From a virus (taxonomy: Duplodnaviria > Caudoviricetes), in IMG/VR virus record IMGVR_UViG_3300023107_000067, positions 1-43,789 of that record: a DNA stretch of 43,789 nucleotides; one strand, 5' to 3'. How positions within the stretch are numbered: position 1 is the stretch's first letter; each line of letters opens with the position of its first letter. This document shows, piece by piece, positions 1-8,000 of the stretch. The translations under genes were made by a program, and so were the position numbers. The notes under the pieces are model-generated. The model did no database searches. It was not told the DNA's origin and saw only the letters and a program-made list of their open reading frames with translations.

Positions 1-157
1 AAACTGCCTGACGAGCCGTCAGCTAGGTCCTTCCCATCCCTTCACCGCCGAAATTACCGCGGGGGGACATTGGCACCCAGAAATCTTGCGCCCATCTCCT
101 CCGAAAGAGGTGAGGATTCCACTCACAGCTAGTCGTTTTGTAGGGGTAAAAACGATC

Positions 158-199
158 AAAAATAAAAAAGGGTCGCGAGATAAAATCTCGCAACCCTTT
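158..199 (-). terminator. Intrinsic terminator downstream of the tRNA 3' end
   Basis: Minus strand reads AAAGGGTTGCGAGA-TTTTA-TCTCGCGACCCTTT followed by a T-rich tract. Confidence 0.75.
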
Positions 200-207
200 G
201 AATAATA

Positions 208-257
208 TGGTCGGGACGGAGTGATTCGAACACTCGACCCCTTGCACCCCATGCAAG
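208..257 (-). repeat. att core: 3' part of tRNA-Pro(GGG), from anticodon arm to CCA; not a full tRNA
   Basis: Minus strand CTTGC-ATGGGGT-GCAAG GGGTC GAGTG TTCGAAT CACTC CGTCCCG ACCA; D-arm and 5' acceptor strand are absent. Confidence 0.9.
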
Positions 258-343
258 CAAATGGGCCTACAGCCCAGTAAATACAAGGTTCTTCGATTGG
301 TGCTCGCTGCAACGATGCCCAACCGTGTTTTACAGTGATTACC

Positions 344-366
344 AATGTCACTCGTAAAGTCACTCG
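344..366. repeat. Tandem direct repeats, likely integrase arm-type sites
   Basis: AATGTCACTCG (344-354) and AAAGTCACTCG (356-366), about 90 bp inside the att core. Confidence 0.5.
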
Positions 367-408
367 GCCATTTTGGCTCCCTCCCCGGCGTCCTGCCGAC
401 AAACACAA

Positions 409-648
409 TCACCCCTTCCGCCCTGCCAGCCATTCCTGAGTTTCAAGCTCAGCCTTCACGTGCTCCAAGGCGGCATCAGCAAGCTCCAGCATCTCGCGCA
501 GTTCCTCTTCATCTATTACGCCCAGCCTCGCCAGCGCATTGGCATGGCCCAACAATTCTCCGTGCCAGTGATCAGTCGCGCATTCCCGCCGCGCCTCATG
601 ATCCAGGTGGTCGTTCCAAATCTTCAGCTCACGCTCTTTGACATCCAT
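409..648 (-). CDS. Small acidic helical hypothetical protein, co-transcribed with the S24 gene
   Basis: 79-aa ORF MDVKERELKIW... with GGAG RBS, starting 4 nt after the upstream stop. Confidence 0.75.
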   Translation of the reverse strand: MDVKERELKIWNDHLDHEARRECATDHWHGELLGHANALARLGVIDEEELREMLELADAALEHVKAELETQEWLAGRKG

Positions 649-652
649 AACC

Positions 653-997
653 CTACTCCCCGTCGTGATCCCTGATGCTATGAGTGACCACGCCCCACAC
701 TTCGAATTCATCGCTCTCGAGAATGTAGCGATCGGGGAAGGCTTTATTTCCGGATCGGAGAATGATCTGCCCGCATGGCGATCGGGCCAGGTACTTCACT
801 GCCGGCTCCTGATTGATCACGCCGATGACTATGGACCCTGGCACTGCCTCCCCACCTTTGTCGACGATCAGCAGGTCACCGCTGAAGATCCCAGCGCCAA
901 TCATGCTGTCGCCCTCGCATTTCACAAGGTATGTTCCGGGCGCGCGGAGTTTGAGCAACTGGTCAAGGGATATTTCAAGGTGGTCTGGTGCGTCCAT
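653..997 (-). CDS. UmuD/RulA-like S24 peptidase lacking the N-terminal arm
   Basis: ISLDQLL..TYLVKCEGDSMIGAGIFSGDLLIVDK..AVKYL..EVWGVV; Ser-Lys dyad present. Confidence 0.85.
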   Translation of the reverse strand: MDAPDHLEISLDQLLKLRAPGTYLVKCEGDSMIGAGIFSGDLLIVDKGGEAVPGSIVIGVINQEPAVKYLARSPCGQIILRSGNKAFPDRYILESDEFEVWGVVTHSIRDHDGE

Positions 998-1010
998 GAC
1001 GAAGACTCTA

Positions 1011-1026
1011 CTGTATGGGCGTACAG
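1011..1026. promoter_or_regulatory. LexA (SOS) box
   Basis: CTGTATGGGCGTACAG matches CTGT-N8-ACAG, 13 nt upstream of the S24 start codon. Confidence 0.85.
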
Positions 1027-1145
1027 TTAAATCGAGCGCAGGAATTGGGTCAATACTGGATGAGTGGGTTTGCGACGGGTGACCAGAACGGTCCGAGGGG
1101 AAAATCGGTGTTGCACTGCCGACCCGGGCGGATCGACAGCCTGCA

Positions 1146-1607
1146 TCAGGCGGCCACAGGCTCATGAATCACCAGAAGGCGCAGCTTCCAGTCGGCCACT
1201 TCCTCAGGCCTCATCAGCTCAAAGGCCATATCCTCGACCTTCATCCCGCCCGCGCACTGCCGATAGCGTGAGCCTCCGCCGATGCGCAGACCTGAGAACA
1301 TTAGTTGGGCGCGGCGTATGTCCGCACCAGTGGCCAGCAGCATCTCGTAGAACAGCGCATCGCACTGGGCGCGGGTGAGTTTGTTCTGACAGTACGCATA
1401 GTCGTGGATCACTCCGCAGGCACGGTCCTCGATGCCGGTCAGGAATGGCTTGACCAGCCAGGGTGTAGAGGCCAGATCGGTGATGAAATATTTCGGCGCG
1501 GTGTAAATAGTGCCGTCGGCCGCCATGTACCGGAAGTCGGCCATCAGCACCCACTCGCCTTTGGCGTAGGCCTGGACAATCAGAGGGTCGAGGAATCGGC
1601 CGGTCAT
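1146..1607 (-). CDS. DUF1353-family protein
   Basis: FITDLASTP..GVIHDYAY..TRAQCDALFYEML..LRIGG motif series; ATGA overlap with the upstream lysin. Confidence 0.8.
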   Translation of the reverse strand: MTGRFLDPLIVQAYAKGEWVLMADFRYMAADGTIYTAPKYFITDLASTPWLVKPFLTGIEDRACGVIHDYAYCQNKLTRAQCDALFYEMLLATGADIRRAQLMFSGLRIGGGSRYRQCAGGMKVEDMAFELMRPEEVADWKLRLLVIHEPVAA

Positions 1608-2053
1608 GCCAGCGCCCTCCGCACACCTTCGGCAATGACTGCCGGTGCATATGGGTTACCGCCGTTCTCATGCTTGATGATCGCGGTTACGACAGCCAGC
1701 AGGATGCGCGGGTCTCGAATGGTGATGCTCTCGTTTGGCATTACGCCAGCAGCGGCGGATACTTGCTTGATGTACGCCTCAGTGTTGTTCTCGACCGAGG
1801 GCGCCCAGCGGTTGATGGTCTCGCGCACGGTGTCGATGCCTTGAAGGCCAACGCCCGGCATACCGTCTTTGCCGCGATAGTTGATCAGCAGCTTGGCGAG
1901 AGCGCGGATGCCATTCTCAGGCGAGTCGAACCGTGCGAAGCGTGGCTTGGTGACTCCCTCCTCGATGCCGAGTTGGCCTTGCCAGTCGTTGCGGGGGTTG
2001 AAGTCGATGTTGCCGGGGTTGTGGTTGCGGATGCCGCGTGAAGTTGTAGGCAT
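1604..2053 (-). CDS. Putative endolysin (family often annotated 'structural protein P5/virion protein')
   Basis: RGIRNHNPGNI..RFARF..GIRAL..INRWAP..ENNTEAY..IIKHENG; located after the tail genes. Confidence 0.7.
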   Translation of the reverse strand: MPTTSRGIRNHNPGNIDFNPRNDWQGQLGIEEGVTKPRFARFDSPENGIRALAKLLINYRGKDGMPGVGLQGIDTVRETINRWAPSVENNTEAYIKQVSAAAGVMPNESITIRDPRILLAVVTAIIKHENGGNPYAPAVIAEGVRRALA

Positions 2054-2082
2054 GGGAGTCCTTGCCCGCTGAATCGCGGGCA

Positions 2083-2104
2083 CAAAAAAACCGCTCAAGG
2101 CGGC
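2083..2104 (-). terminator. Intrinsic terminator between tail and lysin genes
   Basis: Minus strand CCGC-CTTGA-GCGG-TTTTTTT. Confidence 0.6.
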
Positions 2105-2134
2105 CGGTGGATATTCGGGATGTGTGGCGGGTGG

Positions 2135-2728
2135 TTACTCGGGCAATTCCAGCACCGGCAGCTCCAGCAAGAACGCCTCAACCGTCGGCTGCTCCCGCTC
2201 ACCGGCCAGCACCAGGGCAAGCTGCTCATAGGCGTAGGCCCAGACCTTCGAGCGCCAGGCGCGGAACGCCTTGCCGTCATTCTGGAATTTCGGCACCGCT
2301 GGTTCTTCGGCATAGCTCACGGCGTTTTCGATGCTGTCGTATTTGGCAGCGATGGCGGCGCCATTCAGCCTGCCCTGCACTGCCTGCTCGAACTCAGCCA
2401 TCACCGCAGCCTGCTCCGCTGCGACCTGCTCGGCAATCAACGCATCCCGAGCAGCCTTCTCTGCCGCCGTCATGGTGACCTGCTTGCGGGCGACCTTCAC
2501 AACCTTGCGCTCAGTGTCGAGGGTGAAGACTTCTGCGCCCCACTTCTTGTTGGTGCCAAGTTCGCCTTCGGTGCTTTCCTCGGGCCACCATGCGGCTGAC
2601 TGAACGCCCAGCGCCGGATCGGTCCATGACAGGTCGAGGAGCGCGGCCAATGCTTCTGGCGTGCCGGAGCGGTCAAGGAAATCAGGGATTGGCTCGCGAG
2701 TTGCGATGCCGTTTTCAACTTTGATCAT
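2135..2728 (-). CDS. Tail fibre assembly/chaperone-like protein
   Basis: C-terminal YDSIENAVSYA..F..DGKAFRAWRSKVW..LLELP segment typical of fibre-associated chaperones; position. Confidence 0.65.
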   Translation of the reverse strand: MIKVENGIATREPIPDFLDRSGTPEALAALLDLSWTDPALGVQSAAWWPEESTEGELGTNKKWGAEVFTLDTERKVVKVARKQVTMTAAEKAARDALIAEQVAAEQAAVMAEFEQAVQGRLNGAAIAAKYDSIENAVSYAEEPAVPKFQNDGKAFRAWRSKVWAYAYEQLALVLAGEREQPTVEAFLLELPVLELPE

Positions 2729-3348
2729 TTCTCGAACACCCCTGATAGCCCTTCAAGACTCATAAGCGATTTGGAGACCCGAATCGCTTTTACGGGCCTG
2801 ACGATATTCGCCGTCGTTTTGCTTAATTGGAAGGTTGTGTTGGTTGCCATGCCCCTTCCGAAACACTGAGTGCTGGAAAGCTCGGATGAGCTTGAGTACG
2901 GGTCAGAGCCAAACGCTTGCGGGCCTCCAAACTTGAATGCCTCGGGAGGGTTTGCTGCTGATGTGCCGAGCACGTTTTTCATCAACGTAAGAATGTCACT
3001 CGCTGGCATGTCCCAGGTTCCATCCTGATAGCTCCTGCAGTATTTGGCCGCAGGGAATCCAGTTGTTGGAGCGGCCAGAATGTCGGTATTAAATTTGCTA
3101 TCGGAGGTGCTCGTTGCGCCTGTAACAGAGCTCGCCGTGGCATACGCAAGGCTAACTTCTGCTGATTTATCGGCCACAACCAAAACAAATGTGTCTGATC
3201 CCTGGATGACAGTTGCGAAGTAAAACCCTCCAGCCAATGAGTCGCCAACGACAAGTTTTTTGCCGGAAAGATTCGATGATCCGCTCGTTAAACCCAGCGG
3301 ATTGCCGAGTGGGTTGCCCAGCACATTACCCATCGGATTCCCGATCAT
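2725..3348 (-). CDS. Putative receptor-binding protein, DUF1566/C-type-lectin-like
   Basis: AAKYC..WDMPASDIL..YSSSSE..K....VRPV pattern; N-terminal GNP repeats. Confidence 0.55.
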   Translation of the reverse strand: MIGNPMGNVLGNPLGNPLGLTSGSSNLSGKKLVVGDSLAGGFYFATVIQGSDTFVLVVADKSAEVSLAYATASSVTGATSTSDSKFNTDILAAPTTGFPAAKYCRSYQDGTWDMPASDILTLMKNVLGTSAANPPEAFKFGGPQAFGSDPYSSSSELSSTQCFGRGMATNTTFQLSKTTANIVRPVKAIRVSKSLMSLEGLSGVFEK

Positions 3349-3761
3349 AGATCAGCCCTCGATGCGTCGAAGACGATGCCGGCTGCCAGCGCTACTTGTG
3401 AGCCTGCGTAGAGCATTTCGCCCGGTTCCAGAAGGATTGGAGTTGTCGACGTAACGGTTGAGAACGCCGTTTCTGTGATGTTGGTTGTTACTGCGAAGGT
3501 GTAGGCAGGCATAGCCTGGCTTTTGATCAGGTTAAATACTGTAGGAGTTGCGGACTTGACTCGGAACAGCACCAGCGAAGATGCCGTCACAGTTGCGCGC
3601 GGCATAGCGGTGACGCCGAACACAATCGACCCGTTAGTGCCGCCAGTTGCGAGCAATTGAGCGCCCGTAACAGTCGATGTACCAATGCCGCCCAGTGCAG
3701 CGGTAACAATGGCATTGCTTGCTGCGAACTTCTGAGCGAATGGTGCAGTCATTGTGTTCAT
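3345..3761 (-). CDS. Tail tip/fibre-associated protein
   Basis: 138-aa Thr/Ala-rich beta-type ORF, coupled within the tail operon. Confidence 0.6.
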   Translation of the reverse strand: MNTMTAPFAQKFAASNAIVTAALGGIGTSTVTGAQLLATGGTNGSIVFGVTAMPRATVTASSLVLFRVKSATPTVFNLIKSQAMPAYTFAVTTNITETAFSTVTSTTPILLEPGEMLYAGSQVALAAGIVFDASRADL

Positions 3762-4145
3762 TTAGAATCCCCGAATCATGCCGATGGTCATAGAGTGAAT
3801 AAGAGCGAGATTGCCGATAGAGCCTGGAGCTGATTCCGCAGCGGCAGCAGAGGCGGCGGCGTTGTTCGCAGCAGTCTGAGCAGCTGCAACCTGCTCGCTG
3901 ACGTTGGTGTCCACAGCCTCTGCGCGGTCGGCTGCGGCTGCGGCGTATTGGGCTGACTGGGCGGCGGCTGCGCGGTAGTCATCAATAAGCGTGACCTGAC
4001 TGGCCACCCACTGATAAGAGGCGTTGATAATCGGGACATTGATTGCTTGCTGAGTGACGAACGCCCCAGCCTTATCGGCAAAAACGGGAGGGCTATCACT
4101 GGGTACTGGCGGATCTGGCAATAATGGAATGACTGGAGTTGGCAT
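3762..4145 (-). CDS. Tail fibre anchor-like protein
   Basis: Pro-rich N-terminus (LPDPP..P..FADKA..F) followed by an Ala-rich coiled coil. Confidence 0.6.
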   Translation of the reverse strand: MPTPVIPLLPDPPVPSDSPPVFADKAGAFVTQQAINVPIINASYQWVASQVTLIDDYRAAAAQSAQYAAAAADRAEAVDTNVSEQVAAAQTAANNAAASAAAAESAPGSIGNLALIHSMTIGMIRGF

Positions 4146-5047
4146 TAGGCGAGACTCAGCACAGAGAGTGAATATTCAACCAATGCAACGTTTGCAAAGG
4201 TCATTTTGAAGTCTTCAAGTTTGCCGATGATGATTGTGGAATCTATGTCCTCACTGCCGATGTAAAGCGCAGCGCTGTCTTTCAAAGGCTTCAGGATTCG
4301 ATTCATGTTCCCGTTCTGGTTTTTGTAATTTCGGCAATCGAAATCAACCAAGTCGCGAAGTCCGCGAGGGGTTTGGGTGATTTCGCCAAAGTCATCAATC
4401 TTGGTTAGGGAGTAGTTTTCGAATCCTGAGGATGTGCCCCAGACGGCCCAGCCGATAGAGGCCTGCTGGCCCACCACCATCATCCCGACCTCTGCCACTT
4501 CCCCTGTGTTATCAACAATTACGCGGACACTTGCCCCGGCATAAGCTGGGAGGTCGGTGTAGGCTAGGTTGTCCCGAGTAACAAAGTCGCCGTAGTAGTA
4601 GTCGTACCAGTCCACAGCTGTCTTGGAAGACATGATAAGTTCGCGGGTATACACAACTGAGCCGCCAACAATCATTTGGACAGTTACTTTGTCGGCCACC
4701 ACGCCAACCATCCCTATGGAATTGATGACTCGCCCCGGAGCGAAGGTGATATCGATTGTGTCCGGATTAGTAGTTTTGGTTCCGACAAGCCAGACATTGC
4801 CCTTCTTCTTATTGAACATTGCCCAGCGATTAGAAGGGTTAAGCCTGAGCCACTTCACGCCGCCGTCGGTAGTTGGGTCGTTTCCGACGTTTCCGGCTAC
4901 CAGGGACTCAAAGTCGTACTGACCAACTACCACTTTTTCTCCCACCCCATAGGTCTTGGTGGAGACCCATGGGGCATTGGGGGATGCAGCGACGTTGTAG
5001 GAGGTGATGGTTGCTTGGCCAATCTCAATCGGGGCTACTACTTTCAT
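4145..5047 (-). CDS. Distal tail/tip protein with a CBM5/12-like insert
   Basis: Directly after the TMP; W...KTY.VGEKV....F......GNDP.....W aromatic motif near the N-terminus. Confidence 0.6.
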   Translation of the reverse strand: MKVVAPIEIGQATITSYNVAASPNAPWVSTKTYGVGEKVVVGQYDFESLVAGNVGNDPTTDGGVKWLRLNPSNRWAMFNKKKGNVWLVGTKTTNPDTIDITFAPGRVINSIGMVGVVADKVTVQMIVGGSVVYTRELIMSSKTAVDWYDYYYGDFVTRDNLAYTDLPAYAGASVRVIVDNTGEVAEVGMMVVGQQASIGWAVWGTSSGFENYSLTKIDDFGEITQTPRGLRDLVDFDCRNYKNQNGNMNRILKPLKDSAALYIGSEDIDSTIIIGKLEDFKMTFANVALVEYSLSVLSLA

Positions 5048-8000
5048 TGGCTCACCTGAAGAGCAGGAACGCCCTGAATTGTTTGTCGGTTAATTGCATC
5101 AATCACCTGACTGAGCAGCTTGTTGGTCCATACCTGGCGCTCTACCATCGATCCCTCGTTCATGGAAGAGCTTTTGGTACTTGACGCCGCCGAGCTATTT
5201 CCATACCGCGCAGTAGTCGGACGTGAGCTTTCAGCAGTCGAACTCCCAACCAGTCGAATGCCGCCACCGCCCGCAAATGCTGGAAGATTCCCGGCGTTCA
5301 TTTGGTCGAGTAGGCCGGTGCCGAACATCTGCACAGAGTCAGCGGTCATCACGTACTCGCCATTTGATAGGCGGGCCATGATGCTGTCGCTTGTGCCGGT
5401 GCCTGGACCTGAGATGTACCCGCCAGAGGCATAAGCCTTGGTTGTCTGGCTGTTCAGATACGCCTGAGCTGCTGCCTTGGAGGCTGCAATAGCCGCCTGG
5501 CTGACTGCCCCGGTGTACTTGCTGGCATCCAGGGCCAATGCCTCCTTGGCGATGGTTTCGGCTGCCTGCTGGTACGTCACTGCGCCACTTTGGAGCTTGT
5601 CGGCCCAGTACTTAGCGCCCGCAGCATCGGAGCCGCGACCAAGGACAGTGTTGTAAAGCGTTTCGACCAGAGTTGCGTTGTTGCCTGGAGTGTTCGCCTT
5701 GCCAGCGCCAGAGGCGGAGGCTTGCAGCGCCGCAACCACTGCCGCGTTCATGGCATTGATTGCAGCGGTTACGCCCATGATCGAGTTGTCTACGCCGTTA
5801 AGCGCATCCATCTGAGCCTGGGCGAATTCCAGCTGCGATTCGTACTGGCTGATTTGAGCATCGTATGCATCCTTGGCTTGATCCAACTGATCCTCCAAGG
5901 CCTTGACGGTCTTTTCAGCGGAGGTCAGCTGCTTGCCGTTAATGGCTTCCAGCTCTGCGATAACACCGGCAGTCCGGCCCTGGTCCCGCGCGAAGTCCTC
6001 CATGGACGAATACAGGTCAGTGTTGTTGTTGCTGACCGTATCGAGTGCGTCGTCCAGACCTTTGAAGCCTGATAGCGACCCGCCAGCGCGAGCTGTTGCC
6101 AGTGCAGATTGCAGGGTAGCCACCGCCTGCGCACGCAGCATCTTCACTGCTTCGTCAGAATCGCCGCGCAGGGATTTCAGCGCCGAACTCAGGTCATTAC
6201 TGACTGATGTCAAGTCATTTACGGTTTGAGAAGCTGCGGTAGACAGCTCTGCAAGCGAGGCCGAAGTAACGTTGTATGCCTCGGTCGCTTTCTTCTGCTG
6301 AGCAGTGATTGCGCGCTGAACAGCCGAGAAGCTGTTTGTCACGCCCTGATTCAATGCGTCGGTAATAGCTTGAGCTGCGGTTTGGGCCGAGGCTTCCATT
6401 GCATCGAACGCCGTCCCAGCAGCACCGGCAACACTCATCAGCGAGTCGTAAAGCCCCTTGCCGGCCGCCGATGTGTCCTTGGCTGCCGCCTCTACCATCG
6501 ACCGGAACTCATTGCGAGTACCAGGCAGGGTTATGCCGAGAGCCTTGAGCTGGTCCGTGGTTTCCTTGAGAGTGCGGGCTGTGTTCTCTGACTCGGTGAG
6601 GAACGCCCCGTAGTAAGCCGCTTGGCGCTGCTCAATGATGTCGTAGACTGCGTTAGCCGCTGCCGCCGAACCGGTAAGTACGGTAAACATCTGCCGGCCG
6701 GACTCGGTCGTCACGTCAATGGCTTCGACCATGTCCTTGTAGCCGTCGCGCAACGATGGCAGCACCACGTTCATGTCAGCAAACTGCTTACGCACTGTCT
6801 CCAGGGTATCGGCGGTTTTCTGAGTGTCGCTAGTGAAGCCGTCGTAGTAGGAAGCTGTGGCCGCCTTGTAGGCATCCAAGCCACCGGCAAGCTGAATAAG
6901 GTTCTCAGCCATCCAGCCGCTAGACAGAGAAACGTCCAGAACCTTGACGTTCATGTCAGCCAGTGAATCTCGAACCGTGTACAGGTTGTTTACGAACTCG
7001 GTCAGTTGATCGAAGTTGTAACCGCCCAGTCCGGAATTCGTTGCGGCGGAAATCGCGGACACTGCCTGGTTGCCCAGCTCGGTAAACCATGCGTCCAGAG
7101 AGGTCTGTATCTCCTCGCTGGTCTTGCCTTGAGTACTGATCTTCTCGGCAGCAACGTTAAGGCCATCCAGAACCGAGTCGCTTAGCTTTACACCTAGGCC
7201 CGCAAAGAGCCCAAGGGAGTTAAGAACCTTGTCGTTGTAGGCTGCGCCGAGCGAATCCTCGGTTTGAGCATCAAGCTCGCTGTATCGAGTGCGCTTCTTG
7301 CTGCTGGAGAACAGGCCGCCTTTCTTCTTCTGGTCGATGTACTGCTGAGCTTCGAACTCGCCCCCCTCGACCCCGAGCGAGATCCCGCCATCCTTGGTTT
7401 CCCATGCGCCACCGAACAGTTTCTTGCCTACCGCACCCCATACCGCCTGGTGCAAGGTTGAGCCGGATAGAATCGCAGCAATCTTGCCGCCGACCAGCGA
7501 GCCAGTGATTTTGTCCTGCAGTTCCATGAAGCCAGATTGCAGGGCAATAGGAGCCATGGTCGCCTTGCCTACGGCAGTGTGACCGCCACTTTCCAGCATC
7601 TCGCTAGCATCTGGACGAACCCCGGCGTCATAAAGCTTGCCGGACTGATACATGCCCATCACGATTGCGAGCGGCCACATTGCTGCAGCACTGCTGAGTG
7701 CGGCTGAAACGCTTGCGGCAAGGCCAGAAGAGGCAGCAGCAGTTGTTGCGCCGGCCACACCGATGCTTGTGCCAACCGACGCAGCACCCTCGGCGACCGC
7801 GCCGCTAAGCATTGCAGCTGTAATGCCCTCCGCACCGACTGTGGCAGCCGTGCTTGCAGCAACCTCGGCAGTTACACCGGTTAACGCGGCAGTGGTTGCA
7901 GCAGAAGCAGCGGCAGTCGCACCAGTGATAGCAATGTTCCCGCCGATCAGGCTGGTGAAGCCGCTGGATAGCGTGCTGGCAATGCCGTTGAGCATATTGC

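Noticed and set aside
208-257. Intact tRNA-Pro gene
   Set aside because: Only the anticodon arm through CCA is present; the sequence beyond 257 gives no D-arm or 5' acceptor strand
19-433. ORFs spanning the att site
   Set aside because: They cross the tRNA fragment and terminator and have no coding signature
998-1165. N-terminal extension of the S24 ORF to 170 aa
   Set aside because: It runs through the SOS box, overlaps DUF1353 and does not resemble a UmuD arm
2725-2900. Diversity-generating retroelement
   Set aside because: No reverse transcriptase, Avd or template repeat is visible in the window
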